In this document: positions 16,801 to 24,633 of the stretch, piece by piece
Position numbering within the stretch: the first letter of the stretch is position 1
How the letters are laid out: the number at the start of each line of letters is the position of its first letter
Assembly (NCBI RefSeq): GCF_022701215.1
Contig: NZ_CP089976.1
Span: 1,920,001-1,952,000, forward strand
DNA: 32,000 bases
From: Moraxella nasovis
GTDB taxonomy: Bacteria; Pseudomonadota; Gammaproteobacteria; Pseudomonadales; Moraxellaceae
Direction: 5' to 3'
The notes under the pieces: generated by a model
Told to the model about the DNA's origin: nothing
Databases searched by the model: none
What the model saw: the letters and a program-made list of their open reading frames with translations, nothing else
Position numbers and translations under genes: made by a program

Positions 16801-19800
16801 GCTGGTAATATCAGTGAGCCTAGTCCTGCGCTTGATATCACTATTGATAGTGAAAAACCTGCCAAACCTGAAACAGCCCCAGACATGACGGCTGACACAG
16901 ACACAGGCACAAGCAACACAGATAACATCACCAACGACACCACGCCATCATTTACTGTGCCAACGCCAGTAAATGCAGATGACAAACCTGTGTTATTGGT
17001 TGATGGTAATGAAGTACCTGCAACAGCGGTTAAAAACGATGATGGTACAACAACGCTAACACCAGATGCACCATTGCCACAAGGTTCGCACACCATTACT
17101 TCAGCAATCAAAGATCCTGCTGGTAATATCAGTGAGCCTAGTCCTGCGCTTGATATCACTATTGATAGTGAAAAACCTGCCAAACCTGAAACAGCCCCAG
17201 ACATGACGGCTGACACAGACACAGGCACAAGCAACACAGATAACATCACCAACGACACCACGCCATCATTTACTGTGCCAACGCCAGTAAATGCAGATGA
17301 CAAACCTGTGTTATTGGTTGATGGTAATGAAGTACCTGCAACAGCGGTTAAAAACGATGATGGTACAACAACGCTAACACCAGATGCACCATTGCCACAA
17401 GGTTCGCACACCATTACTTCAGCAATCAAAGATCCTGCTGGTAATATCAGTGAGCCTAGTCCTGCGCTTGATATCACTATTGATAGTGAAAAACCTGCCA
17501 AACCTGAAACAGCCCCAGACATGACGGCTGACACAGACACAGGCACAAGCAACACAGATAACATCACCAACGACACCACGCCATCATTTACTGTGCCAAC
17601 GCCAGTAAATGCAGATGACAAACCTGTGTTATTGGTTGATGGTAATGAAGTACCTGCAACAGCGGTTAAAAACGATGATGGTACAACAACGCTAACACCA
17701 GATGCACCATTGCCACAAGGTTCGCACACCATTACTTCAGCAATCAAAGATCCTGCTGGTAATATCAGTGAGCCTAGTCCTGCGCTTGATATCACTATTG
17801 ATAGTGAAAAACCTGCCAAACCTGAAACAGCCCCAGACATGACGGCTGACACAGACACAGGCACAAGCAACACAGATAACATCACCAACGACACCACGCC
17901 ATCATTTACTGTGCCAACGCCAGTAAATGCAGATGACAAACCTGTGTTATTGGTTGATGGTAATGAAGTACCTGCAACAGCGGTTAAAAACGATGATGGT
18001 ACAACAACGCTAACACCAGATGCACCATTGCCACAAGGTTCGCACACCATTACTTCAGCAATCAAAGATCCTGCTGGTAATATCAGTGAGCCTAGTCCTG
18101 CGCTTGATATCACTATTGATAGTGAAAAACCTGCCAAACCAACCGTGGCTATCATCGGTGCGACTGACCAAGCTAACGGCAAGGATAATGATGGTAAGAT
18201 CAACAAAACTGATCTAACAGACAACAAAGCCACCATCAAGGTCACCCTACCAAATGACGTGGAAGTAGGCGATACGCTGACCATCACTGTGCCAAATGCA
18301 GACAAGCCAATCACTCACACGGTGACTGCTAAAGATAAAACAGACGGCTTCACTACCACCTTTACACCAAATAAAGAAGGTGAGCCGAACGAAGTCACTG
18401 CTAAAGTTACCGATAAAGCAGGCAATCCGTCTATTATCGCCAAAACTTCAGCCATCACTGATCTTATCATCCCAGGTGATATCAATGGTGATGGCACAGC
18501 TGATGACGCAGGTAAGCCTGTGGTTGCTATCACCACAGATGCAGACGATGATGGTAACATCACCCCAACTGAGCTAGGTACAAATACAGACCTAGAAGTT
18601 AAGGTTACGCTACCAAAAGACGCAGGCTACTCAGCAGGTGATAAACTGGTAATTAATGTAAATGGTTCAGACTTGCCAGAATACAGACTTACCACCGCAG
18701 ACCTAACGAACGGCTACACCACAACCTTCGTACCAAAAGCCAAAGGTGAAGAAAACGTAGTGACTGCCAAAGTTACAGACGGTCAAGGCAACACATCGTC
18801 AATAGGTGAGGATACAGCGACTATCGCTGCACCACCTGTCAAACTAACCCTATCCCTAGCACAAGACACAGGCTCTAGCGATTCTGACAATATCACCAAT
18901 AATCCTACGGTTAATGTTGCCAACATTCCACAGGGTGCGGCGTGGGAATACAGCCTAGATGGCGGTAGAACTTGGAAAGCTGGTACTGGTAGTAGCTTGA
19001 ATATGACCAATCCTGAGGGTCGTTTGACAGGTCAGCCAAATAATGTAATTGCACGTGTTAAGGGGGATGATACCACCCAAAGCAATGCATTAGAAGCAAT
19101 CTACGATGATCGCACCCAGGTGCGCGTGATACCTGAGATTGAAAATAGCAAAGCAGTATTAAAAGTGCTGGCTGAACCAAATTCTACTGTTTTGGTTAAT
19201 AAACGCAATATTACCGTTGATAGTAAAGGTGTAGCGACTATCTCTGACGTACAAGAAAATCATCCTTATAATGTTTCTGTTACTGATAAAGCGGGTAATG
19301 TTAAAACGATTGAAAATCCTGGAGTTGAAGTTTTGATTATGCCAAATATTTATGGCGGTCGTGTTTCACCTCAAGATAGCGAGGAGAGAGTTAAAGAAAT
19401 TATTAATCAAGGCTCTCCACATGATATAGTCTTAGTTGGTAAAAAAGCTACCAATGGTGAGATCAAAGGCTATGGCGATGTGGGGGGTAATCCGTTGGGT
19501 GATATTAATCTTTCATTTGGATCAGGCAACGATGCTCTGGTTGCAACCACTGTGATGGCATCATTTGGCAGGGATACGACATTAAACTTTGATGCTGGCG
19601 ATGACTCATTGCACTTATTAGCTTACATTAACAATCAAACGGCAGGTAGTCATATTAATATCAATATGGGTGCAGGTAATGATTATGTAAAAGTAGATCG
19701 TGATATCAACGACTTTTCTATTCCATCTAATAAACCAAATAGCGTCATTGATTTAGGTGCAGGTAATGATTATATGTATGTTGGAGGACATATACACAAA

Positions 19801-20190
19801 CCTGTAGCTATTAAAGGTGGTGCTGGTTATGATGAGTTGCATTTATTATCTTCAGGCTTTAATGAAAGAGTTTCAGGATTTGAAAAAATTGTTCTAGAAG
19901 GCTTAAATAATAAACAGCAACTGGACTTAACCCTTAAAGATGTCATCAATAATAACCAAGATATTAATCTTCATTATCTCACCATTGATGGCAAGATTGG
20001 CAAGTCTGTCGTGGATTTGGGCGCTAATGGTGGTGCTGTAGGCAAACCAAATTTTGGTGGTTTCCAAAAAGTGCTTAGCTACCATAACAACGGTAAACAT
20101 ATTGCAGAAAAATCAGGCTATGACGCTTATTGGGATGGCAATGATTTGCATACCTTAGTTTATATTCAGCATGGTATCGCTGTGATCTAA
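13858..20190 (+). CDS. Giant repetitive Bap/LapA-like adhesin, probable type I secretion substrate (2110 aa)
   Basis: N-terminus (MKNIIVKVQG...VTKRVGNDLHIALDDDGATDLILEDFY) resembles the BapA-prefix / retention-module domain of T1SS adhesins. The middle is built from Ig-like repeats of the type D(T/S)G.S..DNITND.TP...V......DG......DG..T.TP...L..G.H.I...I.D.AGN.S. It also has two Calx-beta-like modules (..DF....G.QLTIKPGVQTIEVTTPIKNDNTTEG.ETAKVVVDG). The C-terminus carries spaced GSGNDAL / DAGDDSL / GAGNDYV / GAGNDYM / GAGYDEL motifs and a tail typical of T1SS C-terminal target domains. A terminator follows at 20221-20251. Confidence 0.92.
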   Translation: MKNIIVKVQGTNQTLGQIKVVTKDGKPTSVKTQHNANYEFIDEKTGVAPDHIVTKRVGNDLHIALDDDGATDLILEDFYDSENIALIGQAENGEYYYYIPDTGEVADYVTNLALGDIEGQALGGSSLTAPWWAGVVETKAAIWPWLLGLAALGGIAAAAGGSKDATATPTDTTADAPVITASTTDGSVTVKPGSDNKKVDISFTGEDDKPKQVVAEKGDHDNNPNTPDTWKITQGGDTGATINPNTGVITIPQDAIKDGSPGKATSTDDKGNTANATDVPAGNDIGDTQVADGNDAVKTLPDAQDEGGNLVTTIKLTNDHGGSIPVPTIENGNGNTPGKANNDDFGTPTYVGKDKDGQPVENGVTKNGDQLTIKPGVQTIEVTTPIKNDNTTEGNETAKVVVDGKGNEVTINDTSKTPDTTAPSAPVLTAKDDGTVDVEVPTDANAGDTVEVKVPQDDGSTTTVVLTKQPDGSWESNNPDVVPSIDAGQNKSTIPADKVKDGETVTAKAKDPVGNESNASTATAKTPDTTAPSAPVLTAKDDGTVDVEVPTDANAGDTVEVKVPQDDGSTTTVVLTKQPDGSWESNNPDVVPSIDAGQNKSTIPADKVKDGETVTAKAKDPVGNESNASTATAKTPDTTAPSAPVLTAKDDGTVDVEVPTDANAGDTVEVKVPQDDGSTTTVVLTKQPDGSWESNNPDVVPSIDAGQNKSTIPADKVKDGETVTAKAKDPVGNESNASTATAKTPQDTQVADGDDAVKTSPNAQDEGSDLTTTIKLTNDHGGSIPAPTIEGGTGDKPATADDFDLPGQTFVGKNKDGQEVPDGVTKNGDQLTIKPGVQTIEVTTPIKNDNTTEGDETAKVVVDGKGNEVTINDTSKTPQEPKSQIQEPKKDTTPPAKPETAPDMTADTDTGTSNTDNITNDTTPSFTVPTPVNADDKPVLLVDGNEVPATAVKNDDGTTTLTPDAPLPQGSHTITSAIKDPAGNISEPSPALDITIDSEKPAKPETAPDMTADTDTGTSNTDNITNDTTPSFTVPTPVNADDKPVLLVDGNEVPATAVKNDDGTTTLTPDAPLPQGSHTITSAIKDPAGNISEPSPALDITIDSEKPAKPETAPDMTADTDTGTSNTDNITNDTTPSFTVPTPVNADDKPVLLVDGNEVPATAVKNDDGTTTLTPDAPLPQGSHTITSAIKDPAGNISEPSPALDITIDSEKPAKPETAPDMTADTDTGTSNTDNITNDTTPSFTVPTPVNADDKPVLLVDGNEVPATAVKNDDGTTTLTPDAPLPQGSHTITSAIKDPAGNISEPSPALDITIDSEKPAKPETAPDMTADTDTGTSNTDNITNDTTPSFTVPTPVNADDKPVLLVDGNEVPATAVKNDDGTTTLTPDAPLPQGSHTITSAIKDPAGNISEPSPALDITIDSEKPAKPTVAIIGATDQANGKDNDGKINKTDLTDNKATIKVTLPNDVEVGDTLTITVPNADKPITHTVTAKDKTDGFTTTFTPNKEGEPNEVTAKVTDKAGNPSIIAKTSAITDLIIPGDINGDGTADDAGKPVVAITTDADDDGNITPTELGTNTDLEVKVTLPKDAGYSAGDKLVINVNGSDLPEYRLTTADLTNGYTTTFVPKAKGEENVVTAKVTDGQGNTSSIGEDTATIAAPPVKLTLSLAQDTGSSDSDNITNNPTVNVANIPQGAAWEYSLDGGRTWKAGTGSSLNMTNPEGRLTGQPNNVIARVKGDDTTQSNALEAIYDDRTQVRVIPEIENSKAVLKVLAEPNSTVLVNKRNITVDSKGVATISDVQENHPYNVSVTDKAGNVKTIENPGVEVLIMPNIYGGRVSPQDSEERVKEIINQGSPHDIVLVGKKATNGEIKGYGDVGGNPLGDINLSFGSGNDALVATTVMASFGRDTTLNFDAGDDSLHLLAYINNQTAGSHININMGAGNDYVKVDRDINDFSIPSNKPNSVIDLGAGNDYMYVGGHIHKPVAIKGGAGYDELHLLSSGFNERVSGFEKIVLEGLNNKQQLDLTLKDVINNNQDINLHYLTIDGKIGKSVVDLGANGGAVGKPNFGGFQKVLSYHNNGKHIAEKSGYDAYWDGNDLHTLVYIQHGIAVI
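15103..16083 (+). repeat. Intragenic tandem repeat A: 3 x 327 nt (109 aa), nucleotide-identical by eye
   Basis: The units start at 15103, 15430 and 15757 (AAGACGCCTGACACCACAGCACC...). Each encodes KTPDTTAPSAPVLTAKDDGTVDVEVPTDANAGDTVEVKVPQDDGSTTTVVLTKQPDGSWESNNPDVVPSIDAGQNKSTIPADKVKDGETVTAKAKDPVGNESNASTATA. The antisense ORFs 15321-15638 and 15648-15965 show the same 327-nt period. Confidence 0.95.
16540..18129 (+). repeat. Intragenic tandem repeat B: 5 x 318 nt (106 aa), nucleotide-identical by eye
   Basis: The units start at 16540, 16858, 17176, 17494 and 17812 (CCTGCCAAACCTGAAACAGCCCC...). Each encodes PAKPETAPDMTADTDTGTSNTDNITNDTTPSFTVPTPVNADDKPVLLVDGNEVPATAVKNDDGTTTLTPDAPLPQGSHTITSAIKDPAGNISEPSPALDITIDSEK. 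The array diverges after CCTGCCAAACC at 18130. Confidence 0.95.
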
Positions 20191-20220
20191 CATGCTTTGT
20201 TTTTTACACTGATTGAACAA

Positions 20221-20251
20221 AAAAAACGCTCCGAAGTTCGGGGCGTTTTTT
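20221..20251 (+). terminator. Rho-independent terminator of the adhesin gene (bidirectional shape)
   Basis: AAAAAA-CGCTCCG-AAGTT-CGGGGCG-TTTTTT: a GC-rich 7-bp stem (one G-U pair), an A-run upstream and a T-run downstream, 31 nt after the stop codon. Confidence 0.75.
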
Positions 20252-20326
20252 AGTGTTATCAGATAAGTTTTTTATGGTATTTAGCCTAATAGCACCTAAG
20301 CCAAAGATAAACCAATCATTAGCCAA

Positions 20327-20365
20327 TAAAACAGCCACTTATCTATCATAAGTGGCTGTTTTTTG
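20327..20365 (-). terminator. Rho-independent terminator downstream of sthA
   Basis: Perfect 12-bp stem ACAGCCACTTAT (20331-20342) / ATAAGTGGCTGT (20348-20359), loop CTATC, with A/T runs on both sides. It lies 14-50 nt beyond the sthA stop at 20379. Confidence 0.7.
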
Positions 20366-20378
20366 TGCGGTTTTATGG

Positions 20379-21947
20379 TTAAAATATACGATTTATGCCA
20401 TTTAGTGCCGCCACTCGATAAGCTTCTGCCATAGTTGGATAGTTAAAGGTGGTATTGATGAAGTATTCTAGGGTGTGACCGCACTTCATCACTGCCTGAC
20501 CGATATGGATAATCTCTGATGAATGGTTGCCATAGCAGTGGATACCTAGTATCTCTAGAGTTTCACGGTGGAATAGGATTTTTAGGACGCCAGAGCGTTC
20601 GCCGATGATCTGAGAGCGAGCTAGATGCTTAAAGAAAGCCTGACCGACTTCATAAGGGACTTGGTCACGAGTTAAATCTTCTTCGGTAGCACCGATACTT
20701 GAGATCTCAGGAATGGTGTAGATACCTGTCGGCACACTACTGATGAACTCTGCGTTCTCATCACCCACCATAAAGCCTGCTGCATTACGTCCTTGGTCGT
20801 AGGCAGCAGATGCCAGTGACGGCCAGCCGATGACATCACCGACCGCATAGATGTGGGGGACGTTTGTGCGATAGGTCTTATCCACTTCAAGCTGACCACG
20901 GTTATTCGCTGTCAAGCCGACTGCTTCTAGGTTTAGGCTGTCGGTGTTACCTGAGCGACCATTACACCAAAGGATAGCATCGGATTTGATTTTTTTACCG
21001 CTTTTAAGATGAAGTACGACACAGTCATCAAAGGTCTCTAGGTGGTCAATCTCTTCATTATTACGAATGCGTACCCCAAATTGACGAAAGTCATGGCTAA
21101 GTGCGTCAGAGATCTCATTATCCAGATAGCTTAGTAGCTGATCTTTATTATTAATCAAATCAACGACATAGCCTAGACCTGTAAAGATAGATGCATATTC
21201 ACAGCCGATCACGCCAGCACCATAGATGATAATCTTGCGGACGACATAATCCATCTGTAAGATTTTATCTGAGTCAAACACGCGTGGGTGATCAAAATCT
21301 AGCAGGTCAGGGCGATAGGGGCGTGAGCCGACAGCGATGACCGCCTTCTCAAAGGTGATGATTTTATTACCTTCATCATGTCCTTGATCGATCTCTAGGG
21401 TGTGTTCGCCGATGAATCTGCCCCAGCCTTGGATGACTTCTACACGGTTACGCTCATAAAACAGCTTATGTGTGCTGACTTGGTTTGCGATGACACGGCG
21501 AGCCTTACTAAGTACTTTATTTAGCGGTACTTGGAAGTTATCGCTAAATGAACTAAAAATCGGATCACGTCTCATACTGATGATGTTAAAGACCGACTGA
21601 CGCAGGGCTTTACTTGGGATTGTTCCGACATGGGCACAGTTACCACCCACTTGATCACGTGGGTCGATGACTGCCACTTTTAACCCAGACTTGGCAAGCT
21701 TCATGGCAGCAGCTTCACCAGCAGGACCTGCACCCAGTACGATGGCATCGTATTCATAGTTGTGTTTACTGGTTCTTTTTGTGGTGATAGCGACACGCTG
21801 ACCATCTAGCGGACTGATGAGTAGATGGCTATTATCATGCTCTTCATAAGCAGTTTTGGGGGTGATAATTTCTGCTTGCTTAGCCTTAATATCTGGTTTA
21901 TCGTCCGCTGTGTCGGTAGCAGGTTTTTGAACCTTGTCTTTTGACAT
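20379..21947 (-). CDS. sthA: Soluble pyridine nucleotide transhydrogenase (Si-specific NAD(P)+ transhydrogenase) with an N-terminal extension
   Basis: [17 protein letters not shown]...[19 protein letters not shown] matches E. coli SthA YDAIVIGSGPGGEGAAM...[19 protein letters not shown]. The C-terminus [25 protein letters not shown] is almost identical to E. coli [31 protein letters not shown] RBS upstream of the ATG. Confidence 0.93.
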   Translation of the reverse strand: [522 protein letters not shown]

Positions 21948-21985
21948 ACTAAAGTTTCCTGTGTGTTGATTTAATGTGAATTTGT

Positions 21986-22861
21986 TTAGCCAATCCGCCG
22001 TGCCAAACCTGTCATCTGTAATATGCGAGTGGCAATCTCTTCAACGCTCATCTCTGAAACATTAAGATTGGGGATTTTTTGGGCGGTGTAGATGGCTTGG
22101 ATTGCACGCTGTTCTTCTTGGCATTGGGCAAGTGACGCATAGCGACTGCCTGCTTTTCGCTCTTGGCGAATGCGTACTAGGCGTTCGGTGTCAATGGTCA
22201 GACCAAACAGCTTATGGCGATAAGGTTGTAGCGATTTTGGTAGATTGCTTGTGTCTAAATCTTCTTCAGTTAGTGGGTAGTTTGCCGCACGAATGCCAAA
22301 TTGTAAGGCAAGATACAGCGATGTGGGGGTTTTACCAGAGCGAGATAACCCCACAAGAATGATGTCAGCCCCATCATAATGCGTGGTTCTCGCCCCATCG
22401 TCATTATCTAGGGCAAAATGCACCGCATCAATGCGTGCCTTATAATCATCAGAATCAACATCGCCATGAGCCATGCCTGAGTGTGGGTCAGGGGTTTCAC
22501 CGATTTCGCCTGCGATACGACTGATGAGTCCTTCATAGATGTCTAAATTGGTGGCATCTGCACTGTTGATGATGGTGCGAATCTCATCGCTGACGATGGT
22601 ATCAAATACTAGGGGTTTTAATTTTGAAAACTGGTGGGCTTCATTGATACGTTTGACAGCTTCTTTGGCAAGCTCTGGGGTATCCACATAAGGAATGATT
22701 TTGATGTCAAATTTGACATTGCCAAATTGACTTAATAATGAGCGGCCCAGCGTCTCTGCGGTAATTGCCGTGCCATCAGAAATAAAAAACGCACTACGCA
22801 TAGGTTTGGTGTCATTGGTGGTATTAGTCTTGGTGTCATGACTTGGAGTGTGAACGTACAT
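21986..22861 (-). CDS. ppsR: Phosphoenolpyruvate synthase regulatory protein (bifunctional PPS kinase/pyrophosphorylase, DUF299 family)
   Basis: [22 protein letters not shown] (E. coli [22 protein letters not shown]) and P-loop-like [18 protein letters not shown]. The start is ambiguous: ATG at 22861, or the in-frame ATG at 22801 ([10 protein letters not shown]), which fits the usual length better. Neither has a clear SD. The gap to sthA is 38 nt on the same strand, so an operon is likely. Confidence 0.9.
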   Translation of the reverse strand: [291 protein letters not shown]

Positions 22862-23139
22862 AGCTAAGTCTTTTTTGCTTTGGGGTTTGCTTTTGAGTAT
22901 AGCATAAAATTTGATTTTGATTAAGAGCTTTATTGGGAGTGGGTTTATTTTGGTGCTTGTGTTGGTGGTTTTGGTAAGTTTTTGGTAAGTTTATTAACTA
23001 AGTTAACTAAGTTTGATTAAAATTAAGTTAAGTAGTATTTAAAAAAATATTTTTGCTATTTTTTTTGTTAAAATAGGCTACTTTTTAGATAGGCAGGCAT
23101 GGCCATCAAATTAGTCAAAAATAGCTTTCAAGGATTTGT

Positions 23140-24633
23140 ATGTTTTCGTTTTTATCCGTAGAATTTGCGTTATTATTCATCGCCTTTTTTGCAATTTATT
23201 GGGCGTGCCGCTCAAAGCCTGCTTGGCAAAATATGCTACTGCTTGGCATAAGCTATGTGCTGATTTATTTGATGGCAGGGGTGCTAGCAGTCTTGGTACT
23301 GCTTGTGTTTAGTGTGCTTATAGGTGCTATCGGACAGGTGTTATCTGCCCCAAATGCCAAACATAAAAAACTGTGGCTTGTGGTTGGTGTGTTATTTACG
23401 TTGGCAAATTTAGCATTTTTTAAGTATTATGAATTTTTTCGTGAACACATCAGTCAAGTTATGCAAATGCAGGGGCTAGATTCTACTCATTTGGTAGCTA
23501 ACATCATTTTTCCGTTAGGGATTTCTTATTATTCATTCCAAGCAATCAGTTATTTGGTAACGATTTATCAAGGCAAACTTGTATTGCCAAAACTCACCCT
23601 TTGGCAGACTTTGACGCATTTTTCTTTTTTTGCGACCATTTCAGCAGGTCCAATCACACGCCTAACTGATACCAAAGGCTTAAACGACATCACAGGCAAT
23701 CCGTGTGGTATGCACGCCCAATGGCAGACGAGCAGACCACGCCACATCATCATGCCGACTTTGGCATTTGCATTGATACTGCTTGCCCTTGCCAAAAAAT
23801 GGTGGTTGGCAGGATACTTGGCGGATCAGTGGGTCAATCCTGTATTTGCCAATCCGACTGGCTTTCATAGTCTTGAAGTGTTGGCGGCGATTTATGGTTA
23901 TACCTTGCAGTTATTTTTAGATTTTTCTGGATATAGTGAAATGATGGTGGCATTTGGGCTACTTTTAGGATTTCGCTTGCCGATGAATTTTAACGCACCG
24001 CTACTGGCTCACAACATTCGTGAGTTTTGGGACAGATGGCACATCAGCCTATCTACTTGGATTCGTGATTATATTTATATTCCGTTAGGTGGTAGTCATC
24101 ATGGTTTTGTGCGGACACAGCTAAATTTGATGATTGCGATGGTATTATCTGGGATTTGGCATGGCTCAACCTTGAATTTTTTGTTTTGGGGGCTACTACA
24201 CGCCATCGCTATTATTTTGCTAAATGTAGGGGATTTGCTTGGACAAAAGATAACTGGCAACCCAAAAGGACGTAATTTTTTAACGAGTACTGGCATTTTT
24301 GGTCAGGTGGTCGGCGTGGTGGTTACGGTGCATTTTGTGGTATTTGCTTTTGTGTTTTTTCGAGCAACCACCTTTGATGAAGCGTTGATGATTTTTGGGG
24401 CGTTGTTTGGTAATCATCATATTACTTGGACAAATAACCCCATGTATCTGCTCTTTATTTTGGCGGCAGCTTGGCTGTGCTATCCTATGGCACGCACGCT
24501 GGCAATCAAAACTGCCCCAATGATTGCCAAAATACCGAGTGTGCTAATTTATCCGCTATTATTTGTTGGCTTTATGATGGTGGTGATTTTTGCACCTTCT
24601 GGCATACCGGGTTTTATTTATGCCAATTTTTGA
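23140..24633 (+). CDS. MBOAT-family membrane O-acyltransferase (AlgI/DltB/PatA-like); best guess is peptidoglycan O-acetylation protein PatA
   Basis: Polytopic membrane protein, 497 aa, with an AlgI-like N-terminus MFSFLSVEFALLFIAFF. MBOAT signature REFWDRWHISLSTWIRDYIYIPLGGS with the conserved His. AAGGA RBS. The PatA assignment rests on the two downstream SGNH genes. Confidence 0.8.
   Translation: MFSFLSVEFALLFIAFFAIYWACRSKPAWQNMLLLGISYVLIYLMAGVLAVLVLLVFSVLIGAIGQVLSAPNAKHKKLWLVVGVLFTLANLAFFKYYEFFREHISQVMQMQGLDSTHLVANIIFPLGISYYSFQAISYLVTIYQGKLVLPKLTLWQTLTHFSFFATISAGPITRLTDTKGLNDITGNPCGMHAQWQTSRPRHIIMPTLAFALILLALAKKWWLAGYLADQWVNPVFANPTGFHSLEVLAAIYGYTLQLFLDFSGYSEMMVAFGLLLGFRLPMNFNAPLLAHNIREFWDRWHISLSTWIRDYIYIPLGGSHHGFVRTQLNLMIAMVLSGIWHGSTLNFLFWGLLHAIAIILLNVGDLLGQKITGNPKGRNFLTSTGIFGQVVGVVVTVHFVVFAFVFFRATTFDEALMIFGALFGNHHITWTNNPMYLLFILAAAWLCYPMARTLAIKTAPMIAKIPSVLIYPLLFVGFMMVVIFAPSGIPGFIYANF

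Noticed and set aside
12585-18129. Whether the regular repeats (the 8-bp array, or the 318/327-nt arrays) could be a CRISPR array.
   Set aside because: No unique spacers separate the repeats; the units are directly tandem. The 8-bp unit is far too short, the long units are in-frame coding sequence, and there are no cas genes in the window.
16368-18314. A 648-aa antisense ORF, with similar antisense ORFs at 14214-14750, 14988-15311, 15321-15638 and 15648-15965, inside the adhesin gene.
   Set aside because: They are stop-free by accident of the repetitive T/D/P/G-rich sense codons. They repeat with exactly the sense-strand period and encode low-complexity S/V/G/L strings with no recognisable domain or start context. 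The sense frame has clear domain homology, an RBS and a terminator.
13858-20190. An RTX pore-forming toxin as the interpretation of the 2110-aa protein.
   Set aside because: There is no run of canonical tandem GGxGxDxUx nonapeptides, no hydrophobic pore-forming domain of the HlyA type, and no rtxC-type acyltransferase or adjacent rtxBD. The architecture (Bap-prefix-like N-domain plus an Ig-like repeat stalk) is that of an adhesin.
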